Origin: Nitrospirota bacterium
Lineage (GTDB): Bacteria; Nitrospirota; UBA9217
Direction of reading: 5' to 3'
DNA: 64,000 nt
NCBI GenBank assembly: GCA_963754875.1
Contig: CAVWHO010000017.1
Coordinates: 96,001 to 160,000, forward strand
Both the position numbers and the translations under genes were made by a program. Below, in pieces: positions 10,265 to 20,283 of this stretch. The notes beneath the pieces are model-generated. The model saw only the letters and a list, made by a program, of their open reading frames with translations. It was not told the DNA's origin and did no database searches. Numbering within the stretch: position 1 is the first letter of the stretch; each line of letters starts with the position of its first letter.

Positions 10265-12109
10265 ATGCGAAAGCACAAGAAACTCAGGGTAATGCTGGCT
10301 CTCACTCTCTTAATCGGTTCACTGTCGCTTCTGTTTGGTTGCGGCGGAGCAGGGAGCAGCAGCTTAACGACTCCGGGAGGGAATAGCGGCACAACAGGCA
10401 CTAACGGCACAAACGGAATGATCAGCGGCACAGCGGTCAAGGGGCCGATCAGCGGAGGAACAGTAACGGCATTTGCCATCACTAATGGGACCATGGGCAT
10501 GCAACTGGCCAGTGGAACAACGGACAGTCAGGGAAATTTCAATATGTCAATCGGCGACTACACAGGTTCCCTCATGCTGCAGATGAGCGGCGGGACCTAC
10601 GTGGATGAGGCAACCGGCGCTACGGTGACCATGGCTCCCGGCGATGTGATGACCGCCGTTATTTCATCGTTATCTACCGGTACGACGATTACCGGCATTC
10701 AAGTAACCCCTCTCACCTCCATGGCCCAGGCAATGGCGAATAATATGGCGGGCGGCATGATGGATGCAAATATCACCGCAGCAAACACCGCAATAGGAAA
10801 TTACTTCATGGTAAACGATATCCTGCATACACAGCCCATGAACCCGCTGGTGTCCGGTTCAAGCACCACCGCGACCCTGGACATGAGGAACTACGGGATG
10901 GCAATAGCCGCCATGACGCAGTATGCAAAGAACATCGGGATGACGTCCTCGTCCGGCATTGTAACTTCGATGATGATTGATGCATCGGATGGGGTCTTGA
11001 ACGGCATGATGGGAAGCACGCAAATAACGATGGGCGGAATCGGCGGCGGCATGATGGGCGGTGGAACCATGATGCAGTCTACCGCGGGAACCACGGGCTT
11101 GGCAACTGCGATGACGCAATTCATGGGATCGGCCCTGAACCGGTCCGGCCTCACGCTTACGGACATGCAGACACTTATGGACCGCTTAGGCTCATCAAGC
11201 GGACAACTCCTGGGCACTGGCGGAGTAGTGACCGGCGGTACGGGGACCGGCGGGGTAGTAACAGGCGGAACAGGGACCGGTGGAATGATGAGTGGATTGA
11301 TCAGCGGAACGGCATTTAACGGACCCATGGCAGGCGGAACGGTAATGGCATTCGCAATCAACAACGGGACCACGGGCGCGCAACTCGCAAGCGGGGCGAC
11401 TGACACAGAGGGGAACTTTATGATGTCCCTCGGCAATTACTCCGGCCCGCTTATGCTTCAGGTGAACGGCGGAGCATATACGGATTTAGCGACAGGCACA
11501 ACAGTCAGCATGACGGCGGTCTATGGAATGACTGCCATCATGCCATCGATATCGGCCGGCGCTACGATAACCGGGATTCAAATAACCCCGCTCACTTCCA
11601 TGGCCCAGACAATGGCGATAAATATGGCGGGCGGCATGACGAATGCAAATATCACGGCAGCGAACACAGCAGTAGGAAATTACTTCATGGTATCCGATAT
11701 TCTCGGCACCCAGCCTTTAAACCCGCTGGTTTCGGGATCCGGAACCGGCGCAACGCAAGATACGAGAAATTACGGGATGACGATAGCCGCCATGTCGCAG
11801 TACGCGAAGAACATCGGGATGACCAACTCATCAGGAATCATATCGGCCATGATGAGTGACGCATCGGATGGAATCATGAACGGCAAGACAGGAAGCACCC
11901 AGATAACTCTTTCCGGCATGGGAAGCGGGATGGGAGGCGGCATGATGGGCGGCGGTGGCACCATGATGCAGGGCACTGCCGGGACAAGCGGGTTGGCAAC
12001 TGCAATGACGGATTTCATGGGCTCATCGACGAACAAATCAGGTCTTTCAATCACGGACATGCAGACCCTCATCAACGCGTTGACTGCGTCAAACGGAACG
12101 ATCCAGTAA
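10265..12109 (+). CDS. Met/Gly/Thr-rich lipoprotein made of two duplicated ~270-aa halves
   Basis: GGAGG RBS at 10251; lipobox LFGC; duplicated ISGTA..GP..GGTV.AFAI.NG...ITPLTSMAQ...YGM.IAAM.QYAK blocks. Confidence 0.8.
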   Translation: MRKHKKLRVMLALTLLIGSLSLLFGCGGAGSSSLTTPGGNSGTTGTNGTNGMISGTAVKGPISGGTVTAFAITNGTMGMQLASGTTDSQGNFNMSIGDYTGSLMLQMSGGTYVDEATGATVTMAPGDVMTAVISSLSTGTTITGIQVTPLTSMAQAMANNMAGGMMDANITAANTAIGNYFMVNDILHTQPMNPLVSGSSTTATLDMRNYGMAIAAMTQYAKNIGMTSSSGIVTSMMIDASDGVLNGMMGSTQITMGGIGGGMMGGGTMMQSTAGTTGLATAMTQFMGSALNRSGLTLTDMQTLMDRLGSSSGQLLGTGGVVTGGTGTGGVVTGGTGTGGMMSGLISGTAFNGPMAGGTVMAFAINNGTTGAQLASGATDTEGNFMMSLGNYSGPLMLQVNGGAYTDLATGTTVSMTAVYGMTAIMPSISAGATITGIQITPLTSMAQTMAINMAGGMTNANITAANTAVGNYFMVSDILGTQPLNPLVSGSGTGATQDTRNYGMTIAAMSQYAKNIGMTNSSGIISAMMSDASDGIMNGKTGSTQITLSGMGSGMGGGMMGGGGTMMQGTAGTSGLATAMTDFMGSSTNKSGLSITDMQTLINALTASNGTIQ

Positions 12110-12150
12110 AGAGATGCTGTTGGATTGAGTTCAGCTTCGTCTAAAATAGC

Positions 12151-12188
12151 AATGGCAGCCGGAAATCAACCTGGCTGCCATTTTTTTA
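12151..12188 (+). terminator. Rho-independent terminator
   Basis: AATGGCAGCC...GGCTGCCATT stem followed by a T run, just after the 12109 stop. Confidence 0.8.
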
Positions 12189-12425
12189 TAATAATTAAAA
12201 TATATTCCAAGGCTAACAGGCTGCCACACTGGAAAGCCGCGCATTTTGAAGAACCCGTCCAATCATCCCCTGCATAAGATGGCGAACAAATCTCTTCTTT
12301 CCCAGCATATCTAGCGTCCAAATGAGATGTTGTATTCCAAAGCGTGCTGCATTGTCGCGTTTAAATTGTCAAATGTCAGGACATCGGTTACCCGTTTCTA
12401 ATGGTCCGAAATGTCAAGACATCGG

Positions 12426-13193
12426 TTACCCAAGGCTGGTAACGGAGTCCTCAGGTAGTAAGTCTTCAGGCAATCGGTACTCGAAAGTATCGACAGTGTC
12501 GTTCCCGAGGTAGAGCTGCACTGAATGGATTTTCGTCACAATTTGTGCCCTTACGTAAGAGTATACGAGGTCTTTTGATACCTCGAAGCGTTCACCGAAG
12601 ATGTCGAGTTTCCGATCACTTCGAATGAACCGAATGACAGAAATACATCCATCCGGAATGAAGCTGAGGTCAGGCATCTTGGTATTCGATCCTACTGTTA
12701 CCGGCGTAAAATTGTAGGCGGCCTGCCTCATCTCAAAAGGGGTTTTTCCCTTAAGGAAGCTGTAACGGTGATACTTGTTGTGAAACCGCTGGAAATTCTT
12801 GCTCTGCCGCTTCAGAACGGTATAGCTTGAAAACCATTGTCTGTGGTAGAACTTTTTGTCGTAGGTGTTGTTAAAATGCTCAACGACGCCGTTGCGCCAC
12901 GGTTCGGCAATCGGGATAAAGACCGGATGGACACCATAGGCCAAGCAAAGCCGTATGACCATTCCGAAAGATCGGGGGTAACGATTGCTGCCGCGGAAGT
13001 TCAGCGCATTGTCCATCTGGAGATAATCAGGAATCCCCATGGTCTTCCAGCAGCGTAAAAGCCCATGGCAGACGTGGGAATCCTCCTTTGTTCTTTGAGC
13101 CTCTATGTATACTTCACGGTCGAACAGATCGATAACGTTCATCGAATAGAATCTGCCGTCTCCTTTAATGTAACGCGGTCCTACCAGATCCAT
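12426..13193 (-). CDS. IS transposase integrase-core part (orfB), joined to orfA by a frameshift at A9
   Basis: DDE-like residues in MDLVG, QMDNA and NGVVEHFN. Confidence 0.87.
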   Translation of the reverse strand: MDLVGPRYIKGDGRFYSMNVIDLFDREVYIEAQRTKEDSHVCHGLLRCWKTMGIPDYLQMDNALNFRGSNRYPRSFGMVIRLCLAYGVHPVFIPIAEPWRNGVVEHFNNTYDKKFYHRQWFSSYTVLKRQSKNFQRFHNKYHRYSFLKGKTPFEMRQAAYNFTPVTVGSNTKMPDLSFIPDGCISVIRFIRSDRKLDIFGERFEVSKDLVYSYVRAQIVTKIHSVQLYLGNDTVDTFEYRLPEDLLPEDSVTSLG

Positions 13194-13626
13194 CTGGTGA
13201 ATGTTGTTGCTGCACAGAGCTTCGATGAAGTAAGGGTATTCGACCCCTTTCGGTACATAGGCTGTTTTTTTTTACGAGCCCTTCGCGCTTCAGCACTCGG
13301 TTAATTGTACTATCCGAAGGGAACGGTAAATCCTGCTTCTTGAGTTCCCACTTGATGGCCGAGACACCGATCTGGGAATAGGGAGCAGCTACCAACTGTT
13401 GTCTGGTCGAAAGGATGCGCTCTTTTTCTTCCTGGTCGATCTCTGAGGGCCTTGTTTTGGGAGCCCGGGATTGTTCTTTGTACCAGTCTGGTGCTCCGGT
13501 CTGATAGCGGTTCAGCCATTTGAAGAACCACTTTTTGGATCGGTTCAAGCTGGTATAGACATCCTTGGGTGATTCACCTCCTTGGATGTGTCTATTAATT
13601 GCGGTTTGTCTTAGTTCTTCTTCCAT
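13165..13626 (-). CDS. IS transposase N-terminal HTH part (orfA)
   Basis: HTH-like SKKWFFKWLNRY and PSDSTINRVLKREGL; ends across an A9 run. Confidence 0.85.
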   Translation of the reverse strand: MEEELRQTAINRHIQGGESPKDVYTSLNRSKKWFFKWLNRYQTGAPDWYKEQSRAPKTRPSEIDQEEKERILSTRQQLVAAPYSQIGVSAIKWELKKQDLPFPSDSTINRVLKREGLVKKNSLCTERGRIPLLHRSSVQQQHSPDGSGRTALH

Positions 13627-13998
13627 CAGTGCTCTCCTTTGACGATCTCGGATAAGGAGAGCATGATAGCATTAAATGCAGACTAGGACACCGATGTCCT
13701 GATGTAAAAAAAATGACGTTTCGGGTAACCGATGTCTTGACACATCTGGGTAACCGATGTCCTGAAACTTGTCATTTAATACTTAAAGCGCATTGACATG
13801 GATGACATGTTGCGATACTTATAAATTGTGAAATAGATTTTGTGTGAAATTTTGCGAAAAGTTTTCGTTGCCCTAAAGTTTGCCACGGCTGCGTGAACAA
13901 CGGGGCCGGCAATGCAAAACTCCAGGGCGCAAATCCGGTGCAAAGCCGCAAGGCCTGCCGCGGAAGAAATGAATCACCAAGAAAGGAGGAGCAGCCTT

Positions 13999-14823
13999 AT
14001 GGAACGAAAAACAAACACCATAGTGCTCATTCACGGCTTGTGGCTGACTCCGCGAAGCTGGGAGTCTTTCCGCGCGTTCTATGAAGCGCACGGGTACAAA
14101 GTGCTCGCTCCGGCGTGGCCGCGATTCCAGGGAGAGGTTGAAGATATCCGCCGCGACCCATCGGCCTTAGCAGGGCTGGGTGTGGTCGAGATTGCCGACC
14201 ATTACGAGCAGTTCATTAAATCCCTGGACGGGCCGCCCATCATTATGGGGCATTCTTTCGGGGGACTCATCGTGCAGATACTTCTGGACCGGGGCCTGGG
14301 CGCGGCCGGGGTCGGCATCGATTCCGTCGCTCCGAAAGGAGTTTCCCGATTGCCCTTTTCTGCACTCAAGGCGGCGAGCGGCGTCCTGTCGAACCCCTTA
14401 AACTACAGGCGCGTCCCGCCATTCACGTTCAGACAATTTCGCTATGCATTCGGCAACAATGTGAGCGAGGAAGACGCCCGGAAGTTCTATGAGCGGTATG
14501 CCATTCCCGGTCCCGGCCGCCCGATATTCCAGGTTGCCACCGCGAACCTAAACCCTCGTGCGGCCACCAAAGTGAACTACGGCAACAGCAGGCGTGCGCC
14601 GCTCCTCTTGCTCGCGGGCAGCGAGGACCATCAGGTGCCGGTCTCGATGGTCCGGGAGAACGTGAGGAGGTATGTCCGTTCAATGGCAACCACAGTGTTC
14701 AAGGAATTTCCCGGGCGCTCGCATCTTATTGCAATCCAGGATGGCTGGCAAGAGGTCGCAGGGTACGCATTGTCGTGGGCAGAAAGCCAGATTGAAAGCG
14801 GCGGATTGCGAAAGGCGGCGTAA
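13999..14823 (+). CDS. Alpha/beta hydrolase
   Basis: IHGLW oxyanion motif, GHSFGG nucleophile elbow, D and H triad positions; AGGAGG RBS. Confidence 0.9.
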   Translation: MERKTNTIVLIHGLWLTPRSWESFRAFYEAHGYKVLAPAWPRFQGEVEDIRRDPSALAGLGVVEIADHYEQFIKSLDGPPIIMGHSFGGLIVQILLDRGLGAAGVGIDSVAPKGVSRLPFSALKAASGVLSNPLNYRRVPPFTFRQFRYAFGNNVSEEDARKFYERYAIPGPGRPIFQVATANLNPRAATKVNYGNSRRAPLLLLAGSEDHQVPVSMVRENVRRYVRSMATTVFKEFPGRSHLIAIQDGWQEVAGYALSWAESQIESGGLRKAA

Positions 14824-14865
14824 CGGAATCAGGCAAGGGAAGTTGCAGCAGAAAAAAGGCGGGTG

Positions 14866-15681
14866 TTACAGTTCCCGGGGCGCTCTGTGCTTCGAGTTTC
14901 TTTCCTTTTGCTTTGCGGGATCGTCAGTAAGCGAGATCGCGCCATCTTCGCCGTAGCCGACGAAGATCGTGTAATGCGGAGTAACGGACACGTCCACCCC
15001 GGTGCCGTTGTACAGTTTCAGGATCCTCTGCACGTAGCTCTGTGTTTCCGGGAAGGGCGGGACGGTGCCCCATTTTTTTACGGCAGTCTCTCCGGCATTA
15101 TACGCTGCGAGGGCGAGCGACAAATTCCCGTCATACCGGTCGATAAGGTACCGCAGGTAGCGTACGCCGCCATCGACGTTCTCGTGGGGATTGAAGATAT
15201 TTTGCACGTTCATGATGCTGGCAGTCTGCGGCATGAGCTGCATAAGTCCCATGGCGCCTTTCCTGGACAGCGCATAGGGGTTGAAGCCCGACTCGACCTT
15301 TACGATCGCGTGGACCAGCTTGGGGTCTACACCATTGCGGTAGCAGGCGTTGTTGATGACAGCGACATAGTCAACGGGTGCATTTGTCGAGGTAAGGGAC
15401 GCTGTATCAGGAGCGGGGGAAACGGGTGTGGCATGCCGCGGATGCTTCGGCTCGGACCTTACTTTCTTGAATTTTTTAGCGTTGCCGACCCCGACATTGC
15501 TGAAATGGATGACGCCGTCCTGGTCGGTATATTGATAGATGTCGGCCACAGCGTGCCGGACAGGAAGGCAAAGGAAGGCAGTCAGGGCGCAAACGAGTTT
15601 TGCACGGCGTATCATCAAGGACCTCATGCCGAGGGTTTCGGACAATGAATGCTTTGGCGTAAGGCAATGCATTAGATACAT
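14866..15681 (-). CDS. Lytic transglycosylase (SLT) with N-terminal DUF4124-like domain; true start probably downstream of 15681
   Basis: IYQYTDQDGVIHFSN; VESGFNP, GAMGLMQLMP, ALAAYNAG, ETQSYV. Confidence 0.92.
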   Translation of the reverse strand: MYLMHCLTPKHSLSETLGMRSLMIRRAKLVCALTAFLCLPVRHAVADIYQYTDQDGVIHFSNVGVGNAKKFKKVRSEPKHPRHATPVSPAPDTASLTSTNAPVDYVAVINNACYRNGVDPKLVHAIVKVESGFNPYALSRKGAMGLMQLMPQTASIMNVQNIFNPHENVDGGVRYLRYLIDRYDGNLSLALAAYNAGETAVKKWGTVPPFPETQSYVQRILKLYNGTGVDVSVTPHYTIFVGYGEDGAISLTDDPAKQKERNSKHRAPREL

Positions 15682-15779
15682 TATAAATTACTAAAAACTG
15701 TTTTGTCAACTAAATATTGGCTGAATAACGAGGCTCGAAACAAGCCCGCCTCTTCCTCAGAGAGACCGTGTTTATCATT

Positions 15780-15807
15780 TTATCGGCAAAAAGGGCACTT
15801 TCCTTTA
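15780..15807 (-). promoter_or_regulatory. Candidate sigma-28 (FliA) promoter upstream of the lytic transglycosylase
   Basis: Minus strand reads TAAA-N16-GCCGATAA. Confidence 0.55.
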
Positions 15808-16185
15808 ATCGCAGATACGGGAATAAAGTTATTGCGATTAAATATGACGCGAAACCTCAAAATATCAATTGTTTAGTTTTCCCCGGTTTTTCTATCAGCT
15901 CCAACTTTCAAGACCCTCCCCTCAAAAAATTCATCGGAATATTTGACAGCAAAAAGTCTGTTGATCGCGCTTGCCTGACCTGGTGATGATGATTTTTTGC
16001 AGGAAAAAGCATTATGTCAATCCGGTCCCTATGGGACTGGGAATGCCCGGTCCATTCCTCATCTATATGGAGAAGAATCTGGCCCCCCCCCAAACACGCG
16101 GGAGTCAATTGCAAAGCCGTAAAAAATTTCGGTTAATTTTTTATGGATGCGTATACGCCTCGACTTGCCCCTTTAATCATAAGGT

Positions 16186-16242
16186 GTAGCTCGTCGGGCT
16201 CATAACACGAAGGCGAGGGGTTCAAATCCGGTCCCTCGCTAC
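16186..16242 (+). pseudogene. Degenerate tRNA-Met(CAT) fragment
   Basis: GTAGCTCGTCGGGCTCATAACACGAAGG..GGTTCAAATCCGGTCCCTCGCTAC aligns with 20046-20101. Confidence 0.8.
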
Positions 16243-16348
16243 TGCCGCTGTACGGCGTAAGGATCCTCTGCACGTAATTCTGCGCTTCCGGGCGGGACCG
16301 TTCCCAATTCTTAATGGCGGTCTCGCCGGCGTTATACGCTGCGAGCCC
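16243..16348 (-). pseudogene. Degenerate partial copy of the lytic transglycosylase 3' region
   Basis: LAAYNAGETAIKNW..PEAQNYVQRIL; aligns with 15003-15112. Confidence 0.8.
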
Positions 16349-16520
16349 CATAAACGGGGGGGGAGAGTGAAGAATTTTGAAGAGAGCGTCTTTGAATACA
16401 GACTGCTCGTTTTTATTGGTTTGTTCATACGATTGGGAAACGGACCATCGATCTCTTGAAGAATCCGGAGAATAGCTACCAGTCGTTCCGATTGATTTCT
16501 TCCACCTAATACAAACGCAC

Positions 16521-16830
16521 TAAGTCATGTTACAAAGTCTTCTGATTTTGCGTCTTGACCATGATTCAAGCGATCTCTGGACGGTGCCCCAGATCGCAAC
16601 GAGATTATCGAACCAGCGATTGGTAGTTGATTCATACCGAATTTGACGCCATATCCTCTCCTGCATATTCAAGGCGGCTGATAGGGAGGCAAATACACTA
16701 TTCGAAGCCGTTTATGCTTTTTCAGAAACTCTCGGATCGGATCGCCCTTATGCCAACGTGCTCGGTCAACATACAGCCAAACCGTGTAACCGCGAAGTCG
16801 GCGATAAAGGTGTTGCAACACCTTAAGGGG
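16521..16830 (-). pseudogene. Possible IS630-like transposase remnant
   Basis: Minus-strand TNRWFDNLVAIWGTVQRSLESWSRRKIRRLCNMT* resembles IS630 C-termini from memory; no ends found. Confidence 0.35.
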
Positions 16831-17222
16831 TATAGTTCCGGTAACATGAATTATGAGTCAACGTACTTTTTCAATATTCAGTTGGGTAACATTTATTGCG
16901 GGTCAATTCGAGCTTTACATTGACTTTGCAAAATTTAGTGATAAAATGTTATCGTAATTGTTTCTCTTTTCACAATCACTCCTTTTCATGCTATCTCGGA
17001 AAATAAGCTAAGCGCATTATTCTGATTCTGTAGCCAAATAAAAATCTGTCATCAGTCCTTGTTGACAGTTTACGAAGATGCACCTGCTCATAATAATTGT
17101 CACTGTTGTTGTAAACTGTACTAATATCGTCCCGTTTAGGGTGAACAGATGCATAGTGCTTTGCTGAACCATTCAGAATGTAAGACCCGCAATCCATCTC
17201 ACAATGAAAAAGGGAGGCTTCC

Positions 17223-18695
17223 ATGAAAAGATTTACCATTTTTGCCATGATAGCGGTTCTGGTTCTTGGAGCTGCGATATTCCTTGGCGCCTGCTCCGGT
17301 GGCGGCGGTGGTGGCAGCAGTAGCAGTTCATCATCGAGCAGTGGCGGGTCAACCACATATACTGTATCCTATAATGGCAACGGCAGTACCGGCGGCACCG
17401 TCCCGGTTGACGCGACCAACTACGCGGCGGGGCAGACCGTCACGGTGCTCGGCAATACAGGAAGCCTCGCATATACCGGCTATTCCTTCCTGGGCTGGAA
17501 CACGCTGTCTAACGGAACCGGAACGACCTATACACCAGGGCAGACTTTCACGATGGGTACGGCAGATGTTAGCCTGTACGCGGATTGGATCATAGGCTTT
17601 GCCTACGTGGCGAACAGCGGCGATGGTACCGTCTCTCAGTACACGATCGGCATGGATGGAACGCTCTCAGCCATAACTCCATCCACGGTTGCGGCGGGGT
17701 CGGGTCCCTACTCCGTCACGGTCGACCCCTCGGGCAAGTACGCCTACGTGGCGAATGAGTACGACAACACCGTCTCGCAGTACACGATTGGTGCGGACGG
17801 GTCTTTGACATCTATGGCAACGGCCACGGTTGCGGCGGGGACGAATCCCTGGTCCGTCACGGTCGACCCCAAGGGTCCGTACGTCTACGTGGCGGACTCT
17901 AACGCGTCGCTTAGCGGCACCGGCGTCTCCGGCATCTCGCAGTACACGATCGGCTCGAATGGGGCGCTTACACCCATGAGCCCGGCCATAGTCGCGGCGG
18001 GGAATGTACCCTATGTCGTCACGGTCGACCCCACGGGCAAGTATGTCTACGTGGCGAACGATAGCCCCTCTCTTACGCCCAGCACCACCTTCTTGGTATC
18101 GCAGTACACGATCGGCACGAATGGGGCGCTTACTCCCATGAGCCCGGCCACGGTCGAGGTGGGAGGGATGTATCCCACTTCCATTACTGTTGACCCTTCG
18201 GGAAAGTACGCCTATGTGACGAACTTCGGCGGCAACGTCGCGCAGTACACGATCGGCACGGGTGGCACGCTCTCAGCCATGACCCCATCCACCGTCGCGG
18301 CGGGGTCAGAGCCCACTTCCGTCGCGGTCGACCCCTCGAGTAAGTACGCCTACGTGACGAACTCTAACGACAACACCGTCTCGCAATACACGATCGGCAC
18401 GGATGGGGCGCTCACGCCCATGAGCCCACCCACGGTCGCGACGGAGACGAGTCCCAATTCCGTCACGGTCGACCCCTCGGGCAAATACGCCTATGTGGCG
18501 AACGTCAGCAGCGACAACATCGCTCAGTACAGGATCGACACAAATGGGGTGCTCACACTTTTGAGCCAACCCACGGTCCCGGCGGGGACGGGTCCCTGGT
18601 CCATCATCACCACCGTGGACAAGCAGCCTTCACCCGCCGCGAACTCAGGGATATGGGATTTATCTGAATGGGACAACGCCCAGTGGGGAACGTAA
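17223..18695 (+). CDS. Lipoprotein with InlB-B/Listeria-Bacteroides repeat and lactonase-like beta-propeller
   Basis: Lipobox LGAC; YTVSYNGNG..F.GWNT...LYA.W; repeated VTVDPSGKYAYVAN...VSQYTIG blades. Confidence 0.88.
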   Translation: MKRFTIFAMIAVLVLGAAIFLGACSGGGGGGSSSSSSSSSGGSTTYTVSYNGNGSTGGTVPVDATNYAAGQTVTVLGNTGSLAYTGYSFLGWNTLSNGTGTTYTPGQTFTMGTADVSLYADWIIGFAYVANSGDGTVSQYTIGMDGTLSAITPSTVAAGSGPYSVTVDPSGKYAYVANEYDNTVSQYTIGADGSLTSMATATVAAGTNPWSVTVDPKGPYVYVADSNASLSGTGVSGISQYTIGSNGALTPMSPAIVAAGNVPYVVTVDPTGKYVYVANDSPSLTPSTTFLVSQYTIGTNGALTPMSPATVEVGGMYPTSITVDPSGKYAYVTNFGGNVAQYTIGTGGTLSAMTPSTVAAGSEPTSVAVDPSSKYAYVTNSNDNTVSQYTIGTDGALTPMSPPTVATETSPNSVTVDPSGKYAYVANVSSDNIAQYRIDTNGVLTLLSQPTVPAGTGPWSIITTVDKQPSPAANSGIWDLSEWDNAQWGT

Positions 18696-18867
18696 GCTAA
18701 ACAGGCACGATGATCGTTCTTCATCGAAAAAGAAGAGGAGGGTTAATATGATTAGCGCTCTAAGCAAGAATTACGTCAAAACCGCATTTCGAATTTTAAA
18801 AATGAATAAAAAAAATTAGGGTGAGCAGCGTGGAAAAATACAATCAAATCGCAAAGGAGACGTTATT

Positions 18868-19464
18868 ATGAAATCAATTAAATTCGTAATTGCTGTTGTT
18901 TTTACGGTGACGCTTTCAGCGGGCTCCATTTTTGCCCAACAATTGACTATACCCAATACCTTCACCGCAGGCACAACAATTAGTTCAAGCCAGATGAATG
19001 CTAACTTTACTGCTATAAAAAATGCAGTAGATCCGCTGCAGGTGTCCAACTATTGGCAATTTGGGAATCTCAATTACGGCGGCACTAATGTTACTTCAAC
19101 CTGGACCCAACTCAGCATCGCCTCAACGCCATCTTTTTCATTTACAAAGAGCGTGGCTGCCTCAAATATTGAGGTCCATGTAAATTCTAATTTTTCTGCA
19201 GGCACTTTCGCTGGCGGCGCTTTAGGCATCATGTTTCAAGTAAGAATTGATGGTGTTGTTGGCCCGACGTTTGGAAATGCTGCGAGTATTTTGACATCCG
19301 GTGCGAGTGAATTCCTCTCTATTTATGCCGTTTTTCAAGGCCTCGCGGCCGGGCCTCATACCGTAAGTCTATGGGCAATGACTCCGACTGGATCTAGTAC
19401 AGGAGTTTCGGTAGATTTAGGAGGCTATGGAGGAGCAATTATTGTAAAAGAAACCGGAATATGA
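18868..19464 (+). CDS. Secreted hypothetical protein
   Basis: Signal peptide; IPNTFTAGTTISSSQMNANF motif; AGGAG RBS. Confidence 0.7.
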   Translation: MKSIKFVIAVVFTVTLSAGSIFAQQLTIPNTFTAGTTISSSQMNANFTAIKNAVDPLQVSNYWQFGNLNYGGTNVTSTWTQLSIASTPSFSFTKSVAASNIEVHVNSNFSAGTFAGGALGIMFQVRIDGVVGPTFGNAASILTSGASEFLSIYAVFQGLAAGPHTVSLWAMTPTGSSTGVSVDLGGYGGAIIVKETGI

Positions 19465-19752
19465 GCGAAGAGTTAAAAAATACAATGTCTACGATTTTTA
19501 TCCCGGTGCCGTAAGGGAGTTTTATAGTTCGCAAAAAAGGGGGGGGTAATACACCCCTTGTTGATGAAACCGTAGATTCACGGCGACATTCTCCCGGGCG
19601 GTGCGTACCTCCCATCACCATAGTCGCCCATTAATAATCAGCGGCATGTCCCGGCGCCCAGAGGACGCCGGGGCACTTTTCGGCTCATAGCCTTCCTTTT
19701 TGATAATTTTTTTTGAGAGGTGCGCAGTTGTGGCTTTACATACGCTCCTCAT

Positions 19753-19803
19753 CGCGGGGTGAAGCAAGCAGTCCGGTAACTCGACGGGCTTATAACACGA
19801 AGG
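19753..19803 (+). pseudogene. Degenerate 5' two-thirds of tRNA-Met(CAT)
   Basis: CGCGGGGTGAAGCAAGCAGTCCGGTAACTCGACGGGCTTATAACACGAAGG versus 20027-20073. Confidence 0.75.
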
Positions 19804-19985
19804 ATGTAACAGAAGGAGACGTTCACAGAGCAACGGTCCTATGCTGCCCTGGGATTTTGCTAATAGAAAATCCGGAAGAATGCCGGAAATGCCCATAAAC
19901 CGGAGGACACCGGGAGTGATCGGTGTCCTCCGGTCATTTACTGGCGTTTTTTTAATGCTAAAAACTGTCCATCCCTATAATTTTC

Positions 19986-20014
19986 TTGACATTCCGGGGG
20001 GTGTGCATTAATAT
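19986..20014 (+). promoter_or_regulatory. Sigma-70 promoter of tRNA-fMet
   Basis: TTGACA-17 nt-TAATAT, 12 nt upstream of the tRNA. Confidence 0.75.
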
Positions 20015-20026
20015 GCTCTCTCACAT

Positions 20027-20103
<77 letters not shown>

Positions 20104-20111
20104 AATCTATC

Positions 20112-20147
20112 AAGGGGTTACAGTTCATACTGTAACCCCTCTTTTTG
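20112..20147 (+). terminator. Terminator after tRNA-fMet
   Basis: AGGGGTTACAGT-TCAT-ACTGTAACCCCT followed by T-rich run. Confidence 0.85.
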
Positions 20148-20283
20148 TTTACAGGACAGGATCAGGACAGTTATAAATCTCTTCGCTCCACGCCCTCTGT
20201 TTTATCTTCTCATAAAGCATTTAATGTCAATGACCAGAAAAACTGCTCACGCTGTCACGGCAATCGATCGGGATAACACGAAA

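Larger units (their letters stand above)
12367..13774 (-). mobile_element. Insertion sequence, DDE/rve transposase (IS481/IS3-like), copy 1
   Basis: 27-bp imperfect terminal IRs TGTCAAATGTCAGGACATCGGTTACCC / rc TGACAAGTTTCAGGACATCGGTTACCC; subterminal GACATCGGT repeats; matching copy from 62953. Confidence 0.9.

Noticed and set aside
13870..13975. c-di-GMP riboswitch upstream of the hydrolase
   Set aside because: GCAAA words are present but I could not build the P1/P2 stems with a GNRA loop
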